Part shown: positions 29,206-38,861 of the stretch, one piece after another
Numbering within the stretch: position 1 is the stretch's first letter
Layout: each line of letters starts with the position of its first letter
DNA from: an uncultured Chloroflexota bacterium
Lineage (GTDB): Bacteria; Chloroflexota; UBA11872
Direction of reading: 5' to 3'
Assembly (NCBI GenBank): GCA_958296175.1
Contig: OY282448.1
Coordinates: 719,899 to 783,898, forward strand
Length of the DNA: 64,000 nt
Notes under the pieces: generated by a model
Seen by the model: the letters and a program-made list of their open reading frames with translations, nothing else
The model's database searches: none
What the model was told of the DNA's origin: nothing
Translations under genes and position numbers: made by a program

Positions 29206-30270
29206 CTACAGCGGCCCGGCGGCGGGCCCGCGCTCCGCCGCGCGGCGGGCCGCGTCGACGAGGGCCACCACGCGGGCGGCGTCGGCCGCGCTGATGGACA
29301 TGGGGCGGCCATGCCCGACGGCGGCCAGAAACTCGTCCAACTCCTCCGCCCACGGATCGGCCGCGGGCACGGGAAGCGCGCGCGCGCCGTCGGGGCCAAC
29401 GACCCGAACGTGGTCCGCGCCTTCCTGGTAGCGAACCTCGCCTCGGCGGCACACGACCACGCGCCCGGCGCTGGAGGGCCCATCGAACCCCCGCCGGTAG
29501 ACGATGGTGGCCAGGCCGCCGTCCTGAAATTGCAGCGTGACGACCGCCGCGCAGCGTTCGAAGGGGCGGAGGCCCGCACCCGCGGCCGGCGCCTCGACCT
29601 CGGCGTGCCGTCCGTCGGCGCCGTCCACGGCCGCGGCGGCGTCGATGCGGACGATGGGCCCGCGGCCGTGGATGACCTGGAGCCCCAGCACCACGGCATA
29701 GGTCACCGGATGCCCGCTGACGCTTGGGACGAATCCGGCGCCGCGGCCGGCGCGCCGGTCGTTGGGGAACTGGATGACCAGCGTGTCGTGCAGCGCTCCG
29801 CCCAGGGCGTTGACCTGCGCGCGGATCAGCCGCGGCGCCGGCCGCAGCGGGCTGGTGTGGCCCACGCGGACGACCAGGCCGTGCGCGCGCGCCAGGTCGA
29901 GCAACTGCGCCGCGTCCAACGGCGTGAGCGCCAGCGGCGATTCGCTGAACAGATGCTTGCCGGCGGCCAGGGCGGCGGCGCCAAACGCGGCGTGCGTGTC
30001 GGGATGCGTGGTCACCATCACCGCGTCCACGTCGCCGCGCCGCACGGCGGCCAGGGCGTCACGGCTGTGCTCCACCCCGAAGCGCCGCGCCAGCGCCGCG
30101 GCGGTGCGTTGGTTGCGGCCGGCGATGACGACCAGGCGCGCGCCGCCGCAGGCGGCCAGGTCCTCGGCCCGCGCCGCGGCCATGCCGCCGCTGCCCACGA
30201 TGGCAACCCCAAGCAGCCCGGATGCGGACACGGGCACGGCCCACCTGCCCAAACAGCGGCGCGCCCGCAT
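29206..30270 (-). CDS. Gfo/Idh/MocA family oxidoreductase (start uncertain)
   Basis: VAIVGSGGMA, GKHLFSESPLA. Confidence 0.85.
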   Translation of the reverse strand: MRARRCLGRWAVPVSASGLLGVAIVGSGGMAAARAEDLAACGGARLVVIAGRNQRTAAALARRFGVEHSRDALAAVRRGDVDAVMVTTHPDTHAAFGAAALAAGKHLFSESPLALTPLDAAQLLDLARAHGLVVRVGHTSPLRPAPRLIRAQVNALGGALHDTLVIQFPNDRRAGRGAGFVPSVSGHPVTYAVVLGLQVIHGRGPIVRIDAAAAVDGADGRHAEVEAPAAGAGLRPFERCAAVVTLQFQDGGLATIVYRRGFDGPSSAGRVVVCRRGEVRYQEGADHVRVVGPDGARALPVPAADPWAEELDEFLAAVGHGRPMSISAADAARVVALVDAARRAAERGPAAGPL

Positions 30271-30381
30271 TGTGAACTACCCGCCGCGCCCCGCGCGAAC
30301 GCCGCGCGCTCGGTCGGCACGGGCGAAGGCTAGGGCCAGGCGCGGTGCCGGGCGCGTATCTGGCGCGGACGCCCCGGCGCG

Positions 30382-31506
30382 CTAGGCGCCGCGCGCGGCC
30401 GCCAGCGCCTGGGAGAGGCCGCGGCGCGCGGCGGGGTCCAGGGCTTGCCAGTAGGCCAGCGTCAGGAGCGCAAAGGCGAGGCCGTTGGTCGTGCGGGCGC
30501 GGGACGGCGCGGCGGCGCGTTCGTGCAGGGTGAAGAAGAACCCGCCGTCGGGGGAGGCCAGACGGTCGAACATCGCGGCCGCGCAGCGCCGCGCGGCGCT
30601 GCGTGCCTGGGCGCGCCGATGGGTGGTGCGCCGGGCGTAGGCGGCCAGCAGGTGCACGGCGTCCATGTTGGCGCACGCGCCGCCATCGTGGAACAGGCCG
30701 TCGGGCCGCTGGCAGGCCAGCACGGCGTCGACCAGGCGTTCCACGCCGCGCTCCTGCACGCCCAGCGGCCACAACAGGTTCAGCGCCAGGTTGCGGTGGC
30801 CGCGCATGGCCCAGCCCAGCGCTACGCCTGGCCCCATGCCGATGAAGCCGGTGGCCGGGTCGCGGCGCGCCTCCAGCCAGGCCAGGACGCGGCGCGCGGC
30901 GTCGTCCAGGTCGTCCAGGCGCCCGATCCCGGCCAGACGGGTGTACAGCCACAGATACTGGAAGGCGGCCTTGGCGGCCGAGCGCGGGTCGTCGGCCCAG
31001 GTCTGGTCCAGGCGCGCCAGCGCCTGGGAGGCGTCCGCGGGCGCCCAGGGAAAGGCGCGCAGCCGTTCCAGGCCGCGCGGAAACGGCCGTGCCGGCGCGC
31101 CCAGCAGCTGGAACCCGAGGCGCGTCACGGCGTCGTTGTGCAGCCGCCAGGCGCCGGGGCCGCCCGAGGTCTGGCTGGCCGTGGGTTCGTAGATTCCCAG
31201 CTGCGGGTTGTAGGCCGCCCGCAGCGCCGCCAGCGTGCGCGGTCTGACTCGCTCGACCTCGGCCCGCGCCCCCACCAGCCGCAGCGCCAGCAGCCCCCAG
31301 ACCGTGGTCTCCACGCCGGTTGCGGCCCCGGGGTGCGGGTTCTCCAGAAACGGCTGTCCGGACCGCCCGTCGGCGGCAGTTACACGCGCGGCGTACGCCG
31401 CCACCCGCGCGCGCAGCTGCGGCGGAGGGTCGTGCAGGCGGGCAGGCACGAGCAGGGGTTCCGGCGCCGCCTGGGCGCAGCGCCGCGGGCGTTCGTCCGT
31501 CGTCAT
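30382..31506 (-). CDS. prenyltransferase/squalene-oxidase-repeat-like (alpha/alpha barrel) protein
   Basis: Repeats LEARRDPATGF, LACQRPDGLF, LASPDGGF. Confidence 0.55.
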   Translation of the reverse strand: MTTDERPRRCAQAAPEPLLVPARLHDPPPQLRARVAAYAARVTAADGRSGQPFLENPHPGAATGVETTVWGLLALRLVGARAEVERVRPRTLAALRAAYNPQLGIYEPTASQTSGGPGAWRLHNDAVTRLGFQLLGAPARPFPRGLERLRAFPWAPADASQALARLDQTWADDPRSAAKAAFQYLWLYTRLAGIGRLDDLDDAARRVLAWLEARRDPATGFIGMGPGVALGWAMRGHRNLALNLLWPLGVQERGVERLVDAVLACQRPDGLFHDGGACANMDAVHLLAAYARRTTHRRAQARSAARRCAAAMFDRLASPDGGFFFTLHERAAAPSRARTTNGLAFALLTLAYWQALDPAARRGLSQALAAARGA

Positions 31507-31559
31507 GCGGCGTCAGCCGCGGGCGGCGGCGTGCGCCCCGGCGCATGCGGCACGTCCGG

Positions 31560-31900
31560 CTAGTCCTCCGCGAACTCGGACATGATCTCGATGTTCGGGG
31601 CCAACCGGCCATCGCGCTCGATCAGCAGTCCCTGCGTATCGAGCACGTGGAGGTCGCGCTGTATCGTTCGGCGGCCGACCCGCCCGTAGACGGCGGCGAG
31701 CGCTCGGCTCTGGTCGTCGTCGTCATACAGTTCGCCGCGCAGCGACGGCCCTGCCAGGCGTCGGATGAAGTCCAGCATGCGCGCCCGCCGCCGGTCGCCA
31801 AGGTCGGGGACATTTTCGAGCCGCTCACGCGCGTACTCGAGAAACGCCGCGGCTCGCCGACGCGCACGCGCATATCGAAGTGCACGTCCCAGCGCGGCAT
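31560..31900 (-). pseudogene. probable internally deleted gene remnant, resembling the N- and C-termini of a Fic-family protein with a C-terminal winged helix
   Basis: RBS and ATG 31900 (MPRWDVHFDMRV) are in one frame; the wHTH-like tail RTIQRDLHVLDTQGLLI is in another; no Fic HPF motif remains. Confidence 0.4.
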
Positions 31901-32058
31901 CCAAGCGGCCCTCCCGCGACAATCGCCGCGACAGTGTCGCATGGATTGTCGCGAAGCTCGAACCTGTTATCCGCCTGTAAATCGCGCGACATTGTCGCGG
32001 TCAATGTCGCGCAGCGCCTACTCTATGCGCCCCAGAAATCACCGTCGCGCTCAGACCC

Positions 32059-32277
32059 TCAGGCCATCAAATCCTCGATGCACTTGTCAATCGCGGCGTA
32101 GTAGCGCTCTGGGCACGGTGGGGCGCCTTTACCTCGTCCGGCATTTGGAGCTCGTCGGCTCGTGAGTCCGCGCGCACGCTTGACTTCGGCGATCCAGCAC
32201 GTCTTTACAGAACCTGGTTTTACGCCGAGCTTTCGAGCCGCACATTCCTGAATCTGCCGATATGTTGGCTCTGGCAT
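32059..32277 (-). CDS. small conserved hypothetical protein (TYxQIQ...KTCWIAxVK..GL...CP)
   Basis: GAGG RBS; lower GC; motif pattern recalls a small, probably nucleic-acid-binding family. Confidence 0.65.
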   Translation of the reverse strand: MPEPTYRQIQECAARKLGVKPGSVKTCWIAEVKRARGLTSRRAPNAGRGKGAPPCPERYYAAIDKCIEDLMA

Positions 32278-32288
32278 CCGTCAACCTC

Positions 32289-33383
32289 TCAGCCCTCCCG
32301 CACGAACCGCAGCATCTGCTCGCGCGTCAGGCCGTGCAGCCGCAGGTCGGCCAGCGTGCGGCGGTTGGTGTCCAGCGGCTGGTCGAGCACGGTAAGCCCC
32401 AGGGCGATTACGGCCTCGATGACCGGGGTGGGCGCGTGCAGCGCCTCGCCCAGGCCGGCCCAGGCGCGCAGGCCGTAGGGCACGTCTTCGGAGAGCCAGC
32501 GGGTGTCCAGCTGGCCGGGGGCTTTGAGCGCCGTGAGCATCGGGCTGCCGTTGATCGTGGCCCACAGGTCGGGCGGCTCGGCGCGCGGGCCGAAGCCGGC
32601 GGCGTGAAACGCCTCGGCCGCGTCGGGCAAGTCGTGACCCAGGGCCGCCGCCACCGCGCGGCGTTCGGCGTCCAGCGCCATGATCGCGCGCACCACGCCG
32701 GGGGTCACGCCTTCGTCGTAGAAATAGAACTCGCCGCGCGAGCGCTCGATGCGCCCGGCGTTCAGCAGCACGCCCGGCGGATGCACCACGGGGTTCAAGG
32801 CGCTCAGCCCGCAGGCCAGCACGTCGGGCGCGGGCGCGATGCCGGGAAAGAAGCGCGTCAGCGCGTCCAGCACGCGCGCGGTGTCCCGCGCCGGAAACAC
32901 GCCCAGACTCAGGCGCGGCACCACGCCCCAGATGGTGGCTTCGGCCGGGCCGGTCTTGCGGCAGACGTAGGGCGCGGTGTCGGTTTCGGCCACAGGAATG
33001 GGGGGCGCGCCCGCCTCGCGCAGGATGCCGGCCACTTCCAGCGCCCCCAGCGTGCCCGGCATGAGCGTGAGCGTCTGCCCCTGGCGCAGATGCGGCGCCA
33101 GCGCCCGCGCCCAGGGCGCGTGGGCGTAGGCCGGCACGATCAGCAGCAGCGTGTCCGAGGCGGCCGCGGCTTCCGCCGCGTCGTCCGTAACCGCGGCAAC
33201 CTGCGCCGCGCCCGTCCGCGCCGCGCCGTGCAGCTCGATGACGCCGGACGCGCGCACGGGGTCGATGGCCGCGGCAAACGCCGGCAGCTCCCCCAGCGTC
33301 ACGGCATGCCCGGCCAGCGTCAGATCGGCCGCCGCGGCCAACCCGGTATTGCCCGCGCCCAACACGGTTACGTCGGTATCCAC
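32289..33383 (-). CDS. NAD/NADP-dependent opine (octopine/nopaline) dehydrogenase family
   Basis: VLGAGNTG, NPVVHPP..LLN.GRIE, FYFYDEG, RWLSEDVPYGL. Confidence 0.9.
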   Translation of the reverse strand: MDTDVTVLGAGNTGLAAAADLTLAGHAVTLGELPAFAAAIDPVRASGVIELHGAARTGAAQVAAVTDDAAEAAAASDTLLLIVPAYAHAPWARALAPHLRQGQTLTLMPGTLGALEVAGILREAGAPPIPVAETDTAPYVCRKTGPAEATIWGVVPRLSLGVFPARDTARVLDALTRFFPGIAPAPDVLACGLSALNPVVHPPGVLLNAGRIERSRGEFYFYDEGVTPGVVRAIMALDAERRAVAAALGHDLPDAAEAFHAAGFGPRAEPPDLWATINGSPMLTALKAPGQLDTRWLSEDVPYGLRAWAGLGEALHAPTPVIEAVIALGLTVLDQPLDTNRRTLADLRLHGLTREQMLRFVREG

Positions 33384-33620
33384 GCGCCCCTCCCCGCAGC
33401 CCGCGGCGGTGACCAGCGTCCTGGCCGCCGTCCGCCTCGACGTGCAATCGCCCCAGCGGGCGCCTGCCTGCGCGCGAGTGTTGCACAGGTCCCTTCCAGC
33501 AAAGCCGCGCGGTGACCAGCGTTCACCCAGCGGCGGCGGCCAGGCCGCGCCGCGCCGTCCGCGCGCGGGCGGCCCGATGCGTTACGGTTCGAGCGCCCGC
33601 GCGTGCGAGACTCGTGCCTG

Positions 33621-34655
33621 ATGAACGGCGATCCGTTCCGCGTTGCCTTGACCGACGGCCTGCGTTACGAGCGCGTGCTGGAGCACCGCCAGCCGCTGGA
33701 CGACGCCGGCGTCGAGCTGGAGGTGGTGGCCGCGCCCGCCAGCGACGCGGAAGCCGCCGCGCGCCTGGCCGGCTTCCAGGGCGTGATCTACTCGCACGGC
33801 CCCTATCGGCTGCACGCCTTCGACCAGCTGCCCGACCTGGTGGGCGTGATTGCGCCCACGGTCGGCGTAGACCACGTCGACGTGCAGGCGGCCACCGCGG
33901 CCGGCGTGGTGGTGGGCAACATCCCGACCTTTGCCACCGAGCAGACCGCCGACATTGCGCTCTACCTGATGCTGGGAGCGGTGCGGCGGCTGCCGCAGAT
34001 TCGGCGGGAATGGGCGGCCGGCCACCGCGCCATTGCGGACTGGGAACGGCGCGTGCCGGCCATTGGGGACATGCGCGGCAGCGTGCTGGCGCTCATCGGC
34101 CTGGGGCGCATCGCCCGCGCCGCGGCCAGCCGCGCCCAGGCCTTTGGCGCGCGCTGCATCGCCTACGCCCCCACGGTCTCGCCCTGGGAAGCGCAGGGAC
34201 TGGGCGTGAACCTGGTGGAACTGTCCGAGGCGCTGGCGCGCGCCGACATCGTGTCGATCCATCTGCCCTACACCCCCGGCACGCACCACTTCATGAACGC
34301 CGCGCGGCTGGCGCAGATGAAGCCCTCGGCCGTGCTTATCAACGTGTCGCGCGGGCCCATCGTGGACGAGGCGGCGCTGGCGGACGCGCTGGAGGCGGGC
34401 GCCATCGCCGGCGCGGGGGTGGACGTGTTCGAAACCGAACCGCCCACCCCGCAGACGCGGCTGGTGAGCCTGCCCAACGTGATCTGGACCCCGCACGTCG
34501 GCGGCTCCACCGGCGTCAGCGTGCACCGCGTCGGCCACGGCGCCGCCGAACAAATGGCCTGGATCGCCCAAGGCTTCTGGCCCCGCGACACCGTAAACCC
34601 CGAAGTCACCCCCCGCCGCCGCCTAACCAGCCGCGGCTATCCCGAGCCGGCATAG
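33621..34655 (+). CDS. D-isomer-specific 2-hydroxyacid dehydrogenase
   Basis: GLGRIA, LINVSRG, DVFETEP, TPHVGG. Confidence 0.92.
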   Translation: MNGDPFRVALTDGLRYERVLEHRQPLDDAGVELEVVAAPASDAEAAARLAGFQGVIYSHGPYRLHAFDQLPDLVGVIAPTVGVDHVDVQAATAAGVVVGNIPTFATEQTADIALYLMLGAVRRLPQIRREWAAGHRAIADWERRVPAIGDMRGSVLALIGLGRIARAAASRAQAFGARCIAYAPTVSPWEAQGLGVNLVELSEALARADIVSIHLPYTPGTHHFMNAARLAQMKPSAVLINVSRGPIVDEAALADALEAGAIAGAGVDVFETEPPTPQTRLVSLPNVIWTPHVGGSTGVSVHRVGHGAAEQMAWIAQGFWPRDTVNPEVTPRRRLTSRGYPEPA

Positions 34656-34838
34656 GGCCGAACGGCCCACGCCTCCATGCGGGCCTTGGGATCGTCCCAG
34701 GGTGACGCGGCCTGCGGCTTGCTGCCCCAAGTACCTTCGCGCCACGACCTGCTGGCACCTGCGGTCTCGATGTTCGACCACACGAGCCGGCCAGCGTTCG
34801 TTCGCTTCCGGCAACCGTCGCGGGCGGCATATCCACCG

Positions 34839-35657
34839 CTACGACTGCGAGGCCCCTTCCTGGTCGGCCAGAAACTGCCGCCCGGCGTCGGTGATCTCCC
34901 AGAGGCCGGGAGGAGTTCCGCGCAGCATCAATCCGCGCTGGACCAAGCGCAGTCTGGTGAAATGAACGTTCCACTGCCAGCGGACGCCGCCTGAACGAAC
35001 ATCTTGGTGATCGGTCTCTGTGAACTGGTCGGCCAGCGTTCTCCCAACGTAATCAACGACGAAAGACTTTGGCGCCGACCCGCCTGCTTTCACAAGGGCC
35101 TCCAGGACTGGCGTCGAGTACGCGCTTTGCGGAAGCTTCGGCCCATCTGGGATTCGTGTTCGATTCGCCGTTCCAGCTTCGTCGGCGAGCGCGCCCGCGT
35201 CGGCTGCGACGCTCCGTCCCCGGTCTGTGATTTCCCAGACGCCCCGTGGAGAATCCTGCTTCAGCAACCCGCGTCTGATCATTTCCATCCTGACGACGTG
35301 AACACGAGTGCGCCAGCGGACCCCGCGGCCTGATGGCAAACGCTGGAGGTCGCGCTCCGTCAGGCGGTCGGCGAGTTCCTTCTCGACGGCCTCGATGACG
35401 CTGACCGCCGGGGCCGCCCCGCCAGCTTCCACGAGGGTCGTCAAGATCGGCGCTGTGAACTCGCTTTGCGGCAGCACCGACCCTCGGCGCACGCTGGCAC
35501 CGGTCGCCGCGGGCTCCAACCCAAGGAGCCGCCGTAGAACGCTGTTCGGCGTGTCGACGAATGGTTCAGCGCACGCTTGCAAATACGCAAACACATCCTC
35601 GTCGACCGTGATCTTCTGAGCCCTGTTGATCTCCAATGTGCAACTACCGTCCTTCAT
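34839..35657 (-). CDS. SeqA-N-like domain + two Mrr-N-like winged-helix domains, paralog A
   Basis: ITVDEDVFAYLQ..AEPFVDTPNSVLRRLLGL, then two copies of P.L..LV.AGG.A...RW......GL.....G.WEIT..GR. Confidence 0.8.
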   Translation of the reverse strand: MKDGSCTLEINRAQKITVDEDVFAYLQACAEPFVDTPNSVLRRLLGLEPAATGASVRRGSVLPQSEFTAPILTTLVEAGGAAPAVSVIEAVEKELADRLTERDLQRLPSGRGVRWRTRVHVVRMEMIRRGLLKQDSPRGVWEITDRGRSVAADAGALADEAGTANRTRIPDGPKLPQSAYSTPVLEALVKAGGSAPKSFVVDYVGRTLADQFTETDHQDVRSGGVRWQWNVHFTRLRLVQRGLMLRGTPPGLWEITDAGRQFLADQEGASQS

Positions 35658-35735
35658 TCAGAGGCTTGCAGCCAACATTTATACAATGCACAACGGTTAG
35701 ATTCGCTTTCGCTGTCCCTCAGCAGTATCCATCTG

Positions 35736-36524
35736 CTATGGCCGCTCGTTGCTTTCTGCGTCAGTCAGGAATTGCCGCCCGGCGCCGGTGATCTCCCAGA
35801 GGCCGTGTGGGCTGTCTTGTCTCAGCAACCCGCTCCTGACCAACTGCAGCCTAGCGAACTGCGTGCGACTCCTCCATCGGATTTCCCGGGCGGACGAAAG
35901 TTGCTGGCGGTCAAGTTCCGTCAGCCTGTCGGCAAGTATCCGCCCAACTGAGTCAACGACGTCGACCGTTGGCGCAGACCCGCCTGCCTCCACAAGCGTC
36001 CTCAAGACTGGCAATAAATATTCGGTCTGTGGAAGCCATGGTCCCCTAGCTGGGATATCTTGCTTTCCCTCGCTCGGTTTGTCTACGGGGGGATCCGCGT
36101 TCGTTAAGAATCGCCGCCCGGCTTCTGTTATCTCCCAGCTGCCGGGTGGAGTTCCACGCGTTATCAAGCCACGCTTGACCATCTGCGACTTGGCAACTTG
36201 TGCGCGATGCCGCCATCGAACGGGGCCTGACGATAATCGCTGAAGGTCAGCCCCTGTTAGCCGTCCGGCCAGCTGGCTCCAAACGGCATCCAGGACATCA
36301 GTCAACTTCGCCGACCCTCCGGCGTCTATGAGTGCCGTTAAGATTGGCACCATGTATTCGTCACTAGGCAGCAATGATTTTTTAGTCTTTACGGGGGGAT
36401 TCTCGTCGGGACGCCCAAGCCCCAAAAGCCGCCGTAGGACAGTGTTTGGCGTGTCGACGAAAGGCTTGGCCTTCGACTGGAGGAGTTCGTACACTTCCTC
36501 GTCCACGTCGATCCGCCGAACCAC
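35736..36524 (-). CDS. SeqA-N-like domain + two Mrr-N-like winged-helix domains, paralog B
   Basis: GGAGGA RBS and GTG 36524; IDVDEEVYELLQSKAKPFVDTPNTVLRRLLGL; same two-domain architecture as paralog A. Confidence 0.8.
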   Translation of the reverse strand: MVRRIDVDEEVYELLQSKAKPFVDTPNTVLRRLLGLGRPDENPPVKTKKSLLPSDEYMVPILTALIDAGGSAKLTDVLDAVWSQLAGRLTGADLQRLSSGPVRWRHRAQVAKSQMVKRGLITRGTPPGSWEITEAGRRFLTNADPPVDKPSEGKQDIPARGPWLPQTEYLLPVLRTLVEAGGSAPTVDVVDSVGRILADRLTELDRQQLSSAREIRWRSRTQFARLQLVRSGLLRQDSPHGLWEITGAGRQFLTDAESNERP

Positions 36525-36635
36525 CCGCTTCCTCCGAATCGTATGGGAGGGCCTGCGCGCACCATGCCCTACCCCTCCTCTGCTTGCAAGAATCCCGGCC
36601 CTTCGGCGTGCCGCCGGAAGCCTTAGGGGGCGCAC

Positions 36636-37634
36636 ATGACGGCTGGTCCTATCCGCTGGGGGATTTTGTCTACGGCGGCCATTGCTCGGCGGGCGGTGGG
36701 GCCGGCGATTCGGTTGGCTCGGAATGGGGTGTTGCGGGCGGTGGGGAGCCGTTCGTTGGGGCGGGCGCGGGCGTTTGCGGCGGAGCTGGAGATTCCGGCG
36801 GCGCATGGGTCGTACGAGGCTCTGCTGGCGGACCCGACGGTGGACGCGGTGTACGTGCCGCTGCCAACGGCGCTGCATCGGGACTGGGTGCTGGCGGCGG
36901 CGCGGGCTGGCAAGCACGTGCTGGTGGACAAGCCGTTTGCGGTGAACGCGGCGGAAGCGGCGGAGATGGCGGCGGCCTGCCGCCGCGCCGGGGTGCAGCT
37001 GCTGGAGGGCTTTATGTACCGCTACGACCCTCGGCACGCGCGGCTGCGGGCGCTGGCGGCCGACGGCGCGATTGGCGAGCTGCGGCGCGTGGTCACGGCG
37101 TTTGCGTTTCCCATCACGCGCAACGCGGCCAACGTGCGGCTGTCCCGCGCGCTGGCGGGCGGGGCGCTGGGCGACCTGGGGACCTATTGCGTGAGCGTCA
37201 GCCGTTTGCACCTGGGCGGCGAGCCTCGGCGGGCGGCGGCGCGCCTGGAGGTGGACGCCGAGTTTGGCGTGGACGTGGACGGGTCGGCGCTGCTGGACTT
37301 CGGCGCGGGGCGCGCGGCCGTGCTGGACTTCAGCTTCCAGACGGCGCGGCGGCAGTCGCTGGCGCTGGTTGGAACGGCGGGCGTCATCCAGGCCGAGCGC
37401 CATATTCTGGACGGCGGCGCGCCGAGCGAGATTCGGATTCGAACGGCGGGCCGCACGCTGACGGAGCGCTTCGAGCCGTTCGACCCTTACCGGGCGGAGG
37501 TGGAAAATCTGGGGGACGCCGTGCACGGCCTGGCGCCGCCGCTGGTGGACGGGGACGAAGCGGTGCGCAACATGCGCGTGCTGGACGCCGTGCGCGCCAG
37601 CGCGCGGCGCGGCGCCTGGGAGGAGCTGACATGA
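36636..37634 (+). CDS. Gfo/Idh/MocA family oxidoreductase
   Basis: WGILSTAAIA, GKHVLVDKP, GGALGDLGTY. Confidence 0.92.
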   Translation: MTAGPIRWGILSTAAIARRAVGPAIRLARNGVLRAVGSRSLGRARAFAAELEIPAAHGSYEALLADPTVDAVYVPLPTALHRDWVLAAARAGKHVLVDKPFAVNAAEAAEMAAACRRAGVQLLEGFMYRYDPRHARLRALAADGAIGELRRVVTAFAFPITRNAANVRLSRALAGGALGDLGTYCVSVSRLHLGGEPRRAAARLEVDAEFGVDVDGSALLDFGAGRAAVLDFSFQTARRQSLALVGTAGVIQAERHILDGGAPSEIRIRTAGRTLTERFEPFDPYRAEVENLGDAVHGLAPPLVDGDEAVRNMRVLDAVRASARRGAWEELT

Positions 37635-38620
37635 TGCGGCGCGTGGCCAAACCGGCCGGCCGGTTCAACGTGGTGGTGGAAGACGCGCCTGTCCCCGCCG
37701 TGGGCGCTCACGAGGTACGGGTGCGCTCCGTGCGCAGCCTGATCAGCCGCGGCTCGGAACTCTGGCGCCGCTATATCCGCCAGGAAGCCATCGACCCGCA
37801 GATGATGGGGTATTCGGTGAGCGGGGTGGTGGACGCGGCGGGGAGCGAGGCGGCGGGGTTTGCGCCGGGCGACCGGGCGGCCATTTCGGGCCCGCACGCG
37901 CAGGTCGTGGTGCAGGACGCGCGCCCGAACGTGATTGGCGGCGGCCCGGCGGTGACCGCGCTGCCGGACGCGGTCAGTTTCGAGCAGGGCGCGTTCTGGC
38001 CGCTGGTGACGAGCGCGGTGCTCTGGGTGGACGCCGAAGATATTCAGCCGCGCGACACGGTGGTGATTCTGGGGCAGGGCCTGGTGGGGAGCCTGATGCT
38101 GCAAGTGGCGCGGGCGAACGGGCGCGGGCGCCTGGCGGCGGTGGACGCGCTGCCGCGGCGCTGCGGCCTGGCGGCCGAGCTGGGCGCGGACGAGGTTATC
38201 GACGCCGCGGCCGAGGACCCGGTGGCGCGGGTGCTGGAGCTTACGGACGGGCGCGGCGCGGAGGTGGTGGTGTACGCCGTGGGCGGCCGCGCCGGCCTGC
38301 GCGCCTTTGCCCAGGCGCAGCGCATGGCGGCGGACGGCGGCCTGCTGCACGTGGTGGGGCTGTACGAAGACGATCCGCTGCCGTTGTCGTCGCGCAGCAT
38401 CCAGCGCAAGCGCCTGATCGGCGGCGCGCTGCCGGACGGCGACCGCACGGCGGCCGCGGGGCGGGCGCTCGACCTGCTGGCGGGCGGCCAGATTGCCGCC
38501 GACCGCATGGTGACGCACCGTTTCCCGTTTCAGGAAGCGCCGCAGGCCTTTCGCTTCCTGCACGACCACCCCGACGAGGCCCTGGGGGTGCTGCTGACCT
38601 GGGACGGCGGCGGGGACTGA
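37631..38620 (+). CDS. MDR/zinc-binding alcohol dehydrogenase-like protein
   Basis: SLISRGSE, GYS.SG, ILGQGLVG. Confidence 0.88.
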   Translation: MMRRVAKPAGRFNVVVEDAPVPAVGAHEVRVRSVRSLISRGSELWRRYIRQEAIDPQMMGYSVSGVVDAAGSEAAGFAPGDRAAISGPHAQVVVQDARPNVIGGGPAVTALPDAVSFEQGAFWPLVTSAVLWVDAEDIQPRDTVVILGQGLVGSLMLQVARANGRGRLAAVDALPRRCGLAAELGADEVIDAAAEDPVARVLELTDGRGAEVVVYAVGGRAGLRAFAQAQRMAADGGLLHVVGLYEDDPLPLSSRSIQRKRLIGGALPDGDRTAAAGRALDLLAGGQIAADRMVTHRFPFQEAPQAFRFLHDHPDEALGVLLTWDGGGD

Positions 38621-38861
38621 CGGGGAACGGGGCGGGGCGCGCTCGCTCGGACGCGCCTGCGGCGCCCGTCAGCCTAGCGCCGACGCGGGGGAGCGGCGCG
38701 GCGGTGTTGCGGCAGAGTCGGCCGCGGCAGGCCAGCAGGGGCGGGCATGCCGCGGTTGGGACGGGGTCTGGCCGGCGCCCGCTGCGCCTCGGGCGGTCCG
38801 CCGGGCGCGGCCACTTTCTTGGTTGCGGGCGGGCGGGTTCCTTCGAGCGGCCAGCGGCGGC

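Noticed and set aside
34660..34838. Possible transposase remnant downstream of the Mrr-N pair
   Set aside because: Only a vague peptide resemblance; no inverted repeats or DDE motif seen
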